64,000 nt of DNA from an uncultured delta proteobacterium (GCA_963808625.1 CAWEHK010000035.1:46489-110488); one strand, 5' to 3'. Positions 9,698 to 20,371 are shown, counted from the first letter of the stretch. The notes: generated from the sequence alone by a model not told the origin. A program made the numbers and translations.

Positions 9698-10270
9698 CTT
9701 CTGGTTGTCCAATCTGGGCATCTTGACCGAAGCGACTGGGTTTTCACCCAGATAGATCTTCCAGAGTTTTGCTAGATTATATAGACGATTCATGAGGACG
9801 ATCTGATGCTTTATAGTGGCCTCAGTGAAAGGCCTACCGTGAATATTCTTACCCTCCTTCAGCTCTGTTTTCATTCTTTCGATATCGGGACCAGTAATTG
9901 AGTCCAGGCGCATTTTCCCGAATCGGGGTTCAAGGTGAGCCCTGTAGTTGTATTCATCACACTTCCAAGTCTTTTTATTGTGTTTAGCCCAAATTAGGTA
10001 CTGTTCCAACAGATCATTGAGCTTCGGGCTTAGATTTACCCTATGGTGGGAGATGTCGTACTCAGCCCTGACAAGGTCACCCTTTATTGCAGCTTCAGTC
10101 TCTCTGGCAATGGTGAGATTATCGACCATCCGGTTTACGCGCTTGCCCTTTACGCTGACACATACCCTGTATTTTTTCTCCCTCCCAAAAATCATGCCAC
10201 AGAACGGGCATATCTTGGAATCAATCGCGACCGAGGACCTGCACTTTGTACAATAAATTTGGATAGCCAC
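9698..10270 (-). pseudogene. Tyrosine integrase, N-terminal half only (Zn-ribbon, arm- and core-binding domains), truncated by the IS21 element
   Basis: HLEPRFG-MRLDSIT-DIE, TIKHQI-LMNRLYN-A--W---GENP core-binding pattern; the frame runs into the IS end; catalytic domain absent. Confidence 0.8.
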
Positions 10271-10451
10271 GACTCACCCCTGTTCATCCGCAAGATAAAG
10301 TTCAAATCTGAGTTTTACGCGCACATTACGCGCACGGATGCAGCAAAACTAAGCTCAAATTATCGCAGAAAGTAGAACGACTTTAATAGGTAACATTATG
10401 ACTTGTCAACAATAATATGATATAGTGTTAAAAGAGAAAAAGGATATTCGG

Positions 10452-10500
10452 TTGAATGGCATTCAAGAGGTCGTCGGTTCGATCCCGTCCATTTCCACCA
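10452..10500 (+). mobile_element. att site: 3' half of tRNA-Ala(GGC), not an intact tRNA
   Basis: TTGA-ATGGCAT-TCAAG anticodon arm, GGTTCGATCCC T-arm and ACCA end; no D-arm or 5' acceptor strand upstream; next to an integrase. Confidence 0.85.
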
Positions 10501-10505
10501 GGAAA

Positions 10506-10543
10506 AATAAAGGCTTAGGAAGGTTGCTCCTAAGCCTTTATTG
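10506..10543. terminator. Hairpin downstream of the tRNA fragment (probable bidirectional terminator)
   Basis: aataaaggcttagga...tcctaagcctttatt inverted repeat. Confidence 0.7.
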
Positions 10544-11090
10544 CTGTGGATGACTTTTGGGATGACTTTTTGATCCGAGGTGGTGTTTTGACACCTAAAT
10601 AGTTCTGTTCGCAGGTACGATCCTTCACAACTTCTATGGGGAAACCGTTAGACCGTACGGTAGCATAGACATCGATTCCACATGCCTCCATTGAAGGTTT
10701 TGCATCCTCAGCATGGATGCACTCTCTCATGGTGCATTCTTTACAAAGCCGACAAGGCCCTGCACCGAGTGCCAAAGCTTTGTAGAAGCCACTGAGAAAG
10801 ATTTCTCTTTCCAGCTTAGCGACAATCTTGCTTGGTTTCACTTTCCCATTACAGTGAACAAGGAGAGCCCGTTTGTACCCGTCCAGGACTTCTCTCATCA
10901 TTTGAGGCGTAGGGGTGTTCGGTGGGCAACAAAGACTTGTGTTATACCCGCCACAGCCGAATTGACATTTGAGACGAACCCAAGGAGCGGTAACCACGGT
11001 CTGAGGGCTAATAACCTTTGCCCCTGTGGCCCCGAAAGCCTTTGCTTTGGCAAGAAACTCATCAATATCTGCCAATCTTTCATCTTCCAC
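10530..11090 (-). CDS. DUF2284-like metal-binding protein; C-terminus possibly replaced
   Basis: WVRLKCQFGC--Y---LCCPP, GAGPC-LC--C, PSMEACGIDVYAT. Confidence 0.85.
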   Translation of the reverse strand: MEDERLADIDEFLAKAKAFGATGAKVISPQTVVTAPWVRLKCQFGCGGYNTSLCCPPNTPTPQMMREVLDGYKRALLVHCNGKVKPSKIVAKLEREIFLSGFYKALALGAGPCRLCKECTMRECIHAEDAKPSMEACGIDVYATVRSNGFPIEVVKDRTCEQNYLGVKTPPRIKKSSQKSSTAIKA

Positions 11091-11247
11091 TGTCTATCCT
11101 CCTACCGAAACCCCAAACCGATTTGTCTTCTCTGTCAATGAACTCGACCAGTTGATGGTGGCGACTTTGTGGGCTGGCAACGATAATGGCTCATCGGTGT
11201 CGGGTTTGGTCAGCGTTGCCATTGCAGGCAGTCTTATTCAATGGTTT

Positions 11248-11445
11248 TCAGTCTGCTCCAGTGCTCTGACAGTGGGGGCAATCGATTTTTCCATCACCCT
11301 CGCACTGTCTGCACGGCCGGGGTAATGGCAAAGTCTGCCATTCGCCGAGTGTTCCTGGTGGAAGATGGACAGTGCCAACACCCCGGCACTCATCGCATTT
11401 AATGGTTCCTGAACCTTGACAAGATGGACAGTCTGTTGTCTTCAT
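11248..11445 (-). CDS. Small DnaJ-type zinc-finger protein
   Basis: Four CxxCxGxG-like repeats (CPSCQGSG, CDECRGVG, CRQCEGDG, CPHCQSTG). Confidence 0.75.
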   Translation of the reverse strand: MKTTDCPSCQGSGTIKCDECRGVGTVHLPPGTLGEWQTLPLPRPCRQCEGDGKIDCPHCQSTGAD

Positions 11446-11513
11446 TGATGGTTCCCTGGATGGGTGTGATCGTGCAGCCACTCAGCAAGGCTCACATCCG
11501 TCATTCAGTGGCG

Positions 11514-11834
11514 CTACTTCTGTCGGCCTGGGACCGGCGGTTTATCTTCTTCTCGATTGACCTTCTGCCTCAATATCGTTGAGCACTTGAATGTGACCAC
11601 TTTGCGCGGATCAAGCGTCATTGGCTCTCCACTTTGAGGGTTTCGTCCACGGCGTTGATGCTTCTCTCTGATGGAGAATTTGCCAAAGCCGCTGATGAGC
11701 ACATCATCACCCTCTGTCAGAGATTGCTTGATTCGTTCGAAGAGCGTCTCGATGATCTGGGCCGATTCACCCTTCGTGAACAGATTCTGCGCGAATAGAT
11801 TTTCTACAATATGAGCTTTGGTCAGCGTTGCCAC
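11514..11834 (-). CDS. Integration host factor alpha-like DNA-binding protein
   Basis: LTKA..., VLISGFGKF, RRGRNPQSGE, RKVVTFK. Confidence 0.9.
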   Translation of the reverse strand: MATLTKAHIVENLFAQNLFTKGESAQIIETLFERIKQSLTEGDDVLISGFGKFSIREKHQRRGRNPQSGEPMTLDPRKVVTFKCSTILRQKVNREEDKPPVPGRQK

Positions 11835-11891
11835 GTTATCCCTTTCAATTCCGTTTGACCGTCTGGAACCAAGCCAGGATCATTTTGCGCG

Positions 11892-12467
11892 TCATCTCAT
11901 AAAAATCCCAATGAATTTGAGGTAGCTGCAATCATCTCTCGGATCATGGTGAGTCCTGACAGAATCCAGTACCCGGTAGAGGCACTTCAATCTTGTGATC
12001 AGAGTCTCAGTCTCTGCAAATGATTCGCGAAATGCAAGAATGTCATTGATGCCGTCAACAATGCCCTGAACGTTGGGTGGCAATTCGGTGAGAAACCTTG
12101 AGGGTAGGTCCAATTGCGCCTTGCCCATTTCCAGCAGGTACACGAGTGCCGTCTCCACGTGCCTGTCGGTGATGTTCCCCCGCTCCCTATAGTTCTTACT
12201 GATCACAAACTCAATGTTCTGCAATACGTCGGCATAGGGGTCTTCGTTGCCGATGATGGATTTCATTTCCCGCTCAAAATCCGATAGCTTCTCTGCTTCC
12301 TGGCGGTCGGTAAAATACTCCTTGGACTTACCCAAGTAAAAGCAGTCTGGAGGGCAAACTATCTCTTTCTGCCTTTTCGTTCCGCAACACTGAGGGCAAA
12401 TGGCAGCTCCCAATGAAGGGCAGTTTCGTTTTCCTTTCCTTGCAGCACAAGATCCGCATTTTGCCAT
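11892..12467 (-). CDS. Hypothetical protein with Cys-rich N-terminal putative Zn-binding domain
   Basis: C--C---KGKR-CP-----IC--CCG-KR---I-CP-DC; RBS GAGGGG. Confidence 0.75.
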   Translation of the reverse strand: MAKCGSCAARKGKRNCPSLGAAICPQCCGTKRQKEIVCPPDCFYLGKSKEYFTDRQEAEKLSDFEREMKSIIGNEDPYADVLQNIEFVISKNYRERGNITDRHVETALVYLLEMGKAQLDLPSRFLTELPPNVQGIVDGINDILAFRESFAETETLITRLKCLYRVLDSVRTHHDPRDDCSYLKFIGIFMR

Positions 12468-12545
12468 CGGCTAACCCCTCTTTGAGTCTCGAATGCCTAT
12501 AGTCTCCGGTTGATCGGTGAAGGGATTGGGAGAATCCATCTCATG

Positions 12546-13479
12546 TTACCCAAACCGTTCTCTCAAGATATCCATGAACTCAGGCTCCAGAGCATCGATG
12601 ACCTGGATAACGCTTTCTGGATCAGCCATGTATCCTTTCTCATTAAGGAACCTGTAGAAGAATTTCAATGTTGGCGGAAAGGTGACATACTCGTGCGGCT
12701 CCGCGATCAACTTTCGCAAGAGGTAATCAAAAAGGAACTCCTCGAAGTAGGCTGGTGGAACGGAACGCAGGATGACCGGATCGTCGTGACTGTAAAGGTA
12801 GATGAAATTCAGGAACAACTCCAAATTGGATGCAAAGGCCCCGCTCTGTTCTGTTGCCCCCTTCTCGTGAAGCCATTTTTCAAAGCGATCCGCCACATCT
12901 TTTTCCATCGAGAAGTAGAAACTCTCCCATTCGTCATATTCCGCACCGTCAATAATGTACTTATCCATCCTCTTTATCTTCTCGATGGCGGCTTGGTCAT
13001 GCTCATCAGATGGTATCGGTGCTGATAAAAAGCTGATGTTGCCGTAATGAAAAGGGGCGATGAGGTGAGAGACATCTTTCCTCATAAACATGACTAAGGG
13101 ATTCTGAGATCGGACATCTTTTGGAAATAGAAACTGTTTTCTCTCGATCATCCTTTGAAATAGCTCCTTTGCCTCGTCATCGTTCATCTTGAAAAGAGCC
13201 TGCATGCTATTCAGGATGTCGCCTTTCCTTTCCTCCAGGTTGTCAAAAGCCCTACCCTGCAACGTGGCCTCAAAATTCCAGATGGCGTTGACAATCCCGA
13301 AAACCTCATTCAGTGCTTGATGGCTGTCTCCCGCATCTTTCATGAGAGGTTTTGCAAATTCCATCAGGGCTTGAGTGATAGAGACAGCACGGAATCCGTG
13401 TGGTGCTTCCATATGTTTTTCATTCCTTTGACTTAGCACGTTTTCTCTCCCTCGCTTTCTTGTCTTTCTTCTTAGCCAT
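12546..13479 (-). CDS. Hypothetical protein, possible frameshift near the 5' end
   Basis: 297-aa ORF; an upstream MAKKKDKKARERK start at 13479 lies in another frame. Confidence 0.65.
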
Positions 13480-13683
13480 AGAGTCTCCCCACCCTTGGAC
13501 GATAAATGAATTGTTTCAGCGCAAAAAGGATGTCAGGATACCGGAACTGAGGGTGGAACATCAAGAAGAGATCCGAAATGATTGTCGCAGAGAGGCATTA
13601 ACGAGCACATTGGTATTCTGTCTATGGAATCTCGATGATCCGATAGGAAAAGGGGCCGTCGCTCCAATCAGTGGAGATTGACC

Positions 13684-13890
13684 ATGAACTTTGAAAGAGC
13701 TACCGTTTTCAAGCTCCTGGAGCAAACCATTGGTATCCGAATCAAGATCATTTCCAACGATTACCACGAAATCCCCGGGTACGGAGACCACATCAACACC
13801 CACCAACCGATCGTTTTTCAAGTCAAGGAAGAGGAGCCCGATGATTGGGCTTTCGGGGTTCTGTTCTGCCTTTCATTGATGTCATTTACT
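13684..13890 (+). pseudogene. Hypothetical protein fragment cut by an IS remnant
   Basis: RBS GGAG plus ATG; protein-like sequence changes character at the putative IS end near 13888. Confidence 0.4.
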
Positions 13891-14455
13891 GAAGTTTCGC
13901 ACACCATCTGGGAGCTTTAGGTGATGGCAAGTAGCTGACATATCGTCATTTTTGGCGGTAAGGCAGCCCCAAATGCAGTAGTGTTGATTTTGCTAAGTCA
14001 TCACAACTACACAAAAAAAGGAGCTGCCATGAAGAAGAATATCGTATTTTCTCTCTCCCTTCAAAAGGAAATCGAGAAACGCCAGCTCAATATGGAATCA
14101 GAGGTGAACAAATCCATGAGTGAGCTGGGGATAAGGACCTTACTGCATCAGTCCGGCATCCAAAAGGAGAAGGGTTACTCAACCGTTACTCTGCTCTTTG
14201 CTCTGATCGTTCTGCCCGTGATCAGGCAATCCCTTTCAGCGCTATGGTCTGGGCAGTTTTTTGAGAACCTCATCCAAGCTCACAAGGACACTTACTACCG
14301 GTTTTTGAATTACCCGTGCTTCAATCCTTCTTGTCCAAATGATCCAGAGGTGCTGGCAAAATGGGATCAGTGCCCGCTTTGCCCTCTTTGATTCCTGGTT
14401 TGCCTCAGACAAGGTCATCTCCAAGATCCTTGACTTTGGTTATGGCGTCATCTGT
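13888..14455 (+). pseudogene. IS4/IS701-like transposase remnant with internal deletion
   Basis: GIQKEKGYS, KDTYYRFLN in one frame, then ALFDSWFAS in another; most of the enzyme is missing. Confidence 0.65.
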
Positions 14456-14831
14456 CGGCCGACGCGAAAGCCGCAATCCAGGTTTTCCGTGGGGTTCTGG
14501 ACCCCGGCTTCCGCCGGGGTGACGATATGAGCCAGTTATGAGATAGTTACTAAGGCCACTTGGGCGATGGTAATGGTATTACTGCCTTTCATGGGAGCCA
14601 TCTGCTGGCTCCTTTTTGGCCGCACGAAGGCATGGGGCACGGTGGCCGGTACACAATGTGTTTAATGTTCCGGGCACTTGGTTCGCTCTGCTGTGGCCCG
14701 GTTTCGCCCTCACTTGGAAGCCCTATGCTTCGCCATTCTTTGCAATTCCTATAGGCCGAACGATATGTGGACGCCACTATGGGATTTTCATTCCGAGCCT
14801 CAGAGAGAAAGAGTGGGTATCCTTTATGTCC

Positions 14832-16289
14832 TCACTCCTGCCGATCGCAAGCCCTTCCTTTTAGTTGGAAAAACAGTCTGAGCCCTTTGCGCACCTTCTC
14901 CGAGAAGAGCTTGGGGGCAAGGTATTTGCCCGCGATTCGTTTGTTGATTTCCGCAAGCGTTGGATAGGGGTGCACGGCAGCGGCCAGGGTGGCGAGTTTT
15001 ACCCTGCCGTTCAGGACTGCCACCCATTCGGCAAGAAGGTCTCCGGCGTGTGCTCCCAGAATCTGGATGCCGATCGGATTTTCGTGCTCATCCAGGAGCA
15101 TTTTGATTTTGCCGGTCGGATCGCCGTCCGCCAGGCTGCGGTCGTTGTTCTGGAACTCTTCGGCCCATACGGAGTAACGTATTCCCGCCAGCCTGGCCTG
15201 TTTTTCATTCATGCCGATGCTGCCTAGAGCGGGGTCTGTGTAGGTGCACCACGGCAAATAGGAATAGTCGGCCCGGCGCGGGAGGTGGAAAACGGCGTTG
15301 CTGAGCACAATTCCCCCTTCGTAGCCGGCGGCATGGGTGAATTGATAACCGCCGTTGACATCCCCGATCGCATAGATGTGTTTCTGACTGGTGCGCAAAC
15401 GGGAGTCTACCTTAACCCCCATCCGGTCGCATGCCACGCCGATGCTTTCGAGTCCAAGGCCGGCGGTATTGGGTGATCTTCCCAGGGCCATCAGGATGGT
15501 TTCCGCCTCAAGCGTGAGAGCTCTACCTTCGTTATCGATAATCGAGACGGCGCGGCAGTGGCCATGGTCTTGAACGGCTTCGATTCTGGCCCCCAGATAG
15601 AACTTTACCCCTTCAGCGTGCAAACGTTCCCTCACCAGATCGGCCATATCCCGGTCCTCTTTCACGAGAATCTGCGGGGCCAGGTCGATCACGTGGATCT
15701 CCGACCCGAGACGACAAAAGCTCTGGGCCATTTCACAGCCGATGGGCCCGGCCCCCAGGATGATCATCGATTGCGGCAGGCGATCGAGGTAGAAGATTTC
15801 CCGGTTGGTCACGAAGGGCGTGAAATCGAGACCTTTTATCGGGGGGATGGCCGGGGATGATCCGGTCGCAAGCACCCAGCGTCTCGCCGCGTAGATCGTA
15901 CCGTTGAGGCGCACCGCGTGGTCATCAATAAAGGTCGGGGAGCCGAATAGCACCCTCGCTCCGAGTCGACAGAACCGCTCCTCGGAGTCGTGCTGCTGGA
16001 TGACGGCAATGACCCCGCGGATGCGCTTGACAATTTGCTGAAAATCCACCGGTGCCGTGGTTGCAGGCGGAAGCCCGAAGCGCTCGGCGTGTTTGATGAG
16101 ATGATAAAGATGAGCCGACCGGATAAGCGTCTTGCTGGGAACGCACCCGTAGTGCAGGCAATCTCCGCCAAGGTCTTTTTCTTTTTCGATGAGCAGAGTT
16201 TTCGCCCCCAGTTGGGCGGCCCCGGCGGCAACCGTCAAGCCCCCGGCGCCACCCCCGATGATCCCGAGATCGAACTCGTACGCAGCCAT
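14832..16289 (-). CDS. Pyridine nucleotide-disulfide oxidoreductase (mercuric reductase / dihydrolipoamide dehydrogenase family)
   Basis: GGGAGG, GGDCLHYGCVPSK, GAGPIG-E, HPYPT. Confidence 0.9.
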   Translation of the reverse strand: MAAYEFDLGIIGGGAGGLTVAAGAAQLGAKTLLIEKEKDLGGDCLHYGCVPSKTLIRSAHLYHLIKHAERFGLPPATTAPVDFQQIVKRIRGVIAVIQQHDSEERFCRLGARVLFGSPTFIDDHAVRLNGTIYAARRWVLATGSSPAIPPIKGLDFTPFVTNREIFYLDRLPQSMIILGAGPIGCEMAQSFCRLGSEIHVIDLAPQILVKEDRDMADLVRERLHAEGVKFYLGARIEAVQDHGHCRAVSIIDNEGRALTLEAETILMALGRSPNTAGLGLESIGVACDRMGVKVDSRLRTSQKHIYAIGDVNGGYQFTHAAGYEGGIVLSNAVFHLPRRADYSYLPWCTYTDPALGSIGMNEKQARLAGIRYSVWAEEFQNNDRSLADGDPTGKIKMLLDEHENPIGIQILGAHAGDLLAEWVAVLNGRVKLATLAAAVHPYPTLAEINKRIAGKYLAPKLFSEKVRKGLRLFFQLKGRACDRQE

Positions 16290-16548
16290 CGTTGCTCCTT
16301 TCTTTTGTTTTGGTGATGATCTCCGGTTGCGCTTACTGGCTAAAATCAGCTAATAATTCATCCCCGTAAAGGTTCGAATGTTTCATTCTCGCGCAAGCGC
16401 CGCAGAGGACGCAGAGACGCCTGCCAGAGGCCTTTCTCCGCGATCTCCGTGCCTCCGCGCGAAATTGAGAGTGAAAGTTCTCAAGCCAAACCAGTATAGC
16501 TGGAAAATGGCAGGCAGAGCTCAGAAGTCGGATTCAAAAAGAAAAGCG

Positions 16549-17007
16549 ATGCGACTGATGGAAATACAAAGTGACCTCAAGAAAGCGTACGAAGCCAGCG
16601 TAACCACCTCCTGGGCCATGATTGTGATCCTGGTGCTTTGCCCAATCGTGGTCGAGATCGTCAGGATGTTCAACGCGCCCTTCACGGGATTTGCCCCTCA
16701 GGCTGCAACGCGAATCAAAGACTTCGTCTACGGACTGGCAATCCTTTTGCCCCTCTGCATAAGGACGATACGAAAAGCAATACTGAAGCGGAGCCGTTTT
16801 TCAGACGGGGAGAATTTGACCGGCAAACTGCGAACGGCCTCAACCATCACGGTCTTGATTGCCGAAATGCCGGCGATTTTGGGGTTGGTGCTGTTTCTCA
16901 TGGGTGGTTTCTACCGCGAATTCTATATTGCTCTCGCCTATTCCGTGCTGGTGTTGGTCGCCTATTTTCCCCGCTACCGCCATTGGGAGAAGCCCTTTGC
17001 ATTCTAG
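16549..17007 (+). CDS. Hypothetical membrane protein (about 4 TM)
   Basis: Hydrophobic segments, AE-PAILG, YFPR. Confidence 0.7.
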   Translation: MRLMEIQSDLKKAYEASVTTSWAMIVILVLCPIVVEIVRMFNAPFTGFAPQAATRIKDFVYGLAILLPLCIRTIRKAILKRSRFSDGENLTGKLRTASTITVLIAEMPAILGLVLFLMGGFYREFYIALAYSVLVLVAYFPRYRHWEKPFAF

Positions 17008-17325
17008 CTTCTCGGCGATCGGCAAAGAAGGAAAATTTCGTCCCGGGGGATGGTGCAAGGTGTGGACCCTCAACGGTTTCTGCAAAAGTCCCCAGCAGAG
17101 TGCCATTCAAAAAGAAATGAATTTGCTTTACGCCTGGGATACTATGCTGTACGAGTCGCGTCTGAGTCACGCATGATCCGTGCGTAGAAGATGGCGGCAG
17201 AAGGAAGAGGGGTGCGGGTGAGGATAAATCGTTCGTGCCGGGTCCAATCTCCTCGGTTTTATGTGCACCAGTGGTTTGACCGTGTTTTGGGCGAGCGGGT
17301 AAGTTCGGGGATATGGGGGGAGTCG

Positions 17326-17508
17326 ATGAGCGAGAGGAATTATCGAAACGTGATCGGGTTAGCGTTGGCAGCATTGGTTTTATTCTGCTCCGGCTGTGCC
17401 AACACGGAATCCTTCAGGGGCTTCGCCGTGGGCCCACCGAGTGACTTCTATTGCACTGTGGATAACCGGTCACCATTCCCGCCCTATTGTCATCCCGATC
17501 ACTGGTAA
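17326..17508 (+). CDS. Small putative lipoprotein
   Basis: RBS GGGAG, hydrophobic signal with lipobox-like CSGC. Confidence 0.55.
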   Translation: MSERNYRNVIGLALAALVLFCSGCANTESFRGFAVGPPSDFYCTVDNRSPFPPYCHPDHW

Positions 17509-17643
17509 GGCACTGTCCAAAAACAACTTGCACTCATTTCAGCCCTTTTTCGAACCACGAAGAACACGAAGAGCACGAAGAGCACGAAGAAATCACTTCG
17601 TGTTCTTCGTGGTAAAAGAAGGCCTTTTATTTTTGGACGCCCC
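17509..17643. mobile_element. Miniature element with short TIRs enclosing CACGAAGAA repeats
   Basis: ggcactgtccaaaaa ... tttttggacgcccc, bounded by TAAG and CTAAG; internal cacgaagaa / ttcttcgtg inverted arrays. Confidence 0.55.
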
Positions 17644-17761
17644 CTAAGGCAACCGCGCGTCGTGCAAGAGGAGGGAAGGCGCCGGCATTTATCCGGCGAC
17701 CGTTGCACCCCAACGCAATTATCGGTCAGCTTTACAGCGAGAGCATTGCGTAAGGTCTTGC

Positions 17762-18271
17762 CTACCAGCGATTGCGGTGGACGCGGTCCGCTCGGAAGCG
17801 ATCTTCGGGTTTCAGGGTTTGCGCAGGATATCCCATCACCACCAGTGCCAGAGGAATGACCTTCTCCGGGAGATTACAGAGCTTCCTGAATCCTGCGACC
17901 CGGTCCTCCATTGGGGTGATGCCGGTCCAGACCGCGCCAAGACCTTTCCCGTGAGCGGCAAGAAGCATATTTTGAGTGGCCGCCGAACAGTCCTGCACCC
18001 AGTAGCCCGGATACTTTTCCAGCGCCAGGTCAGCGCAGATCAAAATCGCCAACGGCGCCTCTCGAGCCATTGCGGCATAGGGGTTGAGACTGGGAACCTT
18101 GCCAAGGATCTCCCGGTCGGTAATGACGACAAAATGCCACGGCTGCTGATTCCCTGCCGAGGGTGCACTCATCGCCGCTGCGAGAAGTTCTTCAACCAGT
18201 TCAGCAGGAACTGGCTTCTGTTAAAACTTACGGATACTTCGTCGCGTGTGTATCGCTTCAATCACGTCCAT
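17762..18271 (-). pseudogene. Nitroreductase family protein with in-frame TAA at codon 17
   Basis: MDVIEAIHTRRSIRKF*QKPV...APSAGNQQPWHF...QNMLLAAH--GLGAVW. Confidence 0.8.
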
Positions 18272-18795
18272 TGTTCATTACCCTCCATTGAGTTCCTCTA
18301 TGGCCTTTTTCGGTGACTGTTTTTGCCGCACATCGTCTCACAACCGACTGCCCAATCATCGTCTTAACAACAAATGCACAGTCATGGTCTTAGTAACAAC
18401 TGCACAATTCTGTCATTTCGAGCATCATAGGACATCTATGCCCTCAGTTCGAGAAAAGAATCGGACTTCTCATCTTGGAGCCTGTTTCAGTTTGAATCCC
18501 TCTCATAGTCGATCACCCACTTTTGAGGAATCCCTCCATTCCTTGCTTGAATTTGACCTCAAGCTCCTTCATATTGGGGCCACCCGATGCCATTTGACCA
18601 TTGATTCACCATAACCCTTATTCGGAGGGTCTAGGATGCAAAGGAGTTCAGTACAACCCGACTTTTTGCTTCGACTTCGCGTCGGAAAAACTCCTCATCG
18701 TTAGGTGCTTTGAGCGTGCCAGGGGTACGTGGGGAAGAGGAACAGTCGATTGAGCAAGACGCCTTTAGAAACCATAGAAAGCTCTCAACCAAGCG

Positions 18796-19254
18796 GTGAG
18801 GCGCAATCCCGACCGGTTCCCTGCCGACTTTGTGTTTCAACTCAAGCCGGAGGAGGCGAACATAATAGTCCTTTCAAGGTCACAATCTGTGACCTTGAAG
18901 CGGGGTCAAAATATCAAGTACCTGCCCTATGCTTTCACGGAACACGGGGCGATTATGGCGGCCAACGTGCTCAATAGTCCGCGCGCCGTTCAGATGAGCG
19001 TCTTTGTGGTGCGGGCGTTTGTAAAAATGCGCAGGCTCCTGGGCAACACCCGCGAGCTGGCGAATCGTCTGGCGGCATTGGAAAAGGAGCTCAAAGAGCG
19101 CCTGGACGTTCACGAAACTGCTATTGTGGATATTCTCCAGCGCATCATGGATCTGATCAACCCGCCTGCCCCGCCCGACCCTCCTCCGCGCAAGTCCATC
19201 GGTTCTCATGCCAAGGAACGCTCCGCCAAGTACCAGTTTAAGAGGAAGAAGTGA
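18796..19254 (+). CDS. ORF6N (KilA-N-like) domain DNA-binding protein, N-terminally truncated
   Basis: RRN-DRFP-DFVFQL, PYAFTEHGAIMAANVLNSPRAV-MS--VVRAF. Confidence 0.8.
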   Translation: MRRNPDRFPADFVFQLKPEEANIIVLSRSQSVTLKRGQNIKYLPYAFTEHGAIMAANVLNSPRAVQMSVFVVRAFVKMRRLLGNTRELANRLAALEKELKERLDVHETAIVDILQRIMDLINPPAPPDPPPRKSIGSHAKERSAKYQFKRKK

Positions 19255-19681
19255 TGAGTCTGACACCCGAACAGAGCCAGGAACTGATCGGGCTTCTAGA
19301 AAACGGAGAGGAGCTTTCCCCGAGTGGGCCCGTGTCCTGTTTCCACCGGAAAAGCGGGAATACGAGCTGGTCTACCACGGCAAGGAGCGCGAGGAAAAGA
19401 TCATCGCTGATACCCTCGCCGTACCCCTCCAGCCGGTCCGCACTTTCGGGCGCAACGACGCCGACTGGCACAACATGCTGATATTCGGCGACAACCTTCA
19501 GGCGATGAAGACGCTCCTGGAAATGAAGAAGGAAGGCTAACTTTGCAATGCGGATGGGACGCCGGGCGTACGACTGATCTACATTGATCCGCAGGACTTC
19601 AACAAGTTCTTCATCAAACTGCGAAAGGACGACCTGCAGGGTTTTCGGTCGGAACTGGATGTCGCGTTGGGACAGTACTGA
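19251..19681 (+). pseudogene. Type III RM Mod-like DNA methyltransferase N-terminal remnant
   Basis: EYELVY-GK, NMLIFGDNL-AMK-L, VRLIYIDP, truncated inside the DPP(Y/F) motif; contains a frameshift and a stop. Confidence 0.75.
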
Positions 19682-19849
19682 AGAGACCAATGGTGATGGC
19701 TACTGAACATTGAACGGAACTCACGGATAGTCATTACAGGGTCATCGTTGTCACAAGAAGAAACCATGCATAACTCCTTCGCCAGTTCATCGGTGGTTCC
19801 CGCTCAACCCGGGTCATGATGGGGCGGTGTCAGGAAAGGTACCCAAGTC

Positions 19850-20371
19850 GTGGAAGATTCAACAAACCGGAAATCAGCAGTGGAACAAGCAGGAGAGGAT
19901 CTATTCAACTTTGCGGTTGACCGTGAGGATATCAAGACGCTGCTGGCAGCGCTGCCCAGCGAGACCGACATCGAACGGGGTAAGGTTGAATACGAGCTCG
20001 GGATACTGAGAATTATCAGCGTAGGCTGGAGCATATCCTACTTTCTTGAACACTCCCCATACAAGAATCGCCTAGCGGAACTCTACTGGAACGCTGTTCA
20101 GGAAATGTCGCAAAGCATATCTTCGACAGCCGGGCTGATGGTCGGCAAGGAAATCGATTATTTCCAGATCCTGAAAGCTCGTTTAGATATGTACGTGGAA
20201 GCTATGCGCCAAAGGCCCGATGCTCCTGAACCGGCGGTGGTCATAGGGCCGGTATTTGCCGGGGCCTGCGGCAATGTGAATAATGTCTATGCGGTCCTGA
20301 CCGGGACCAAGATGTTCATCGCTGCAGTGGGTAGTGTTAAGGCCTACCTCGAAGCGATGGAGCCGCAGTAG
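19850..20371 (+). CDS. Hypothetical protein
   Basis: 173-aa ORF with RBS-like AGGAAAGG and coding-like composition. Confidence 0.7.
   Translation: MEDSTNRKSAVEQAGEDLFNFAVDREDIKTLLAALPSETDIERGKVEYELGILRIISVGWSISYFLEHSPYKNRLAELYWNAVQEMSQSISSTAGLMVGKEIDYFQILKARLDMYVEAMRQRPDAPEPAVVIGPVFAGACGNVNNVYAVLTGTKMFIAAVGSVKAYLEAMEPQ

Noticed and set aside
5993..10270. Prophage
   Set aside because: Primase and integrase motifs are present, but there are no structural, packaging or lysis genes, and the primase lies inside an IS21 unit
10420..10500. Intact tRNA-Ala gene
   Set aside because: Only the anticodon arm to CCA is present; the upstream sequence cannot form a D-arm or acceptor stem
14832..16289. 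merA mercury resistance gene
   Set aside because: No C-terminal Cys-Cys pair, no N-terminal metal-binding domain and no mer operon
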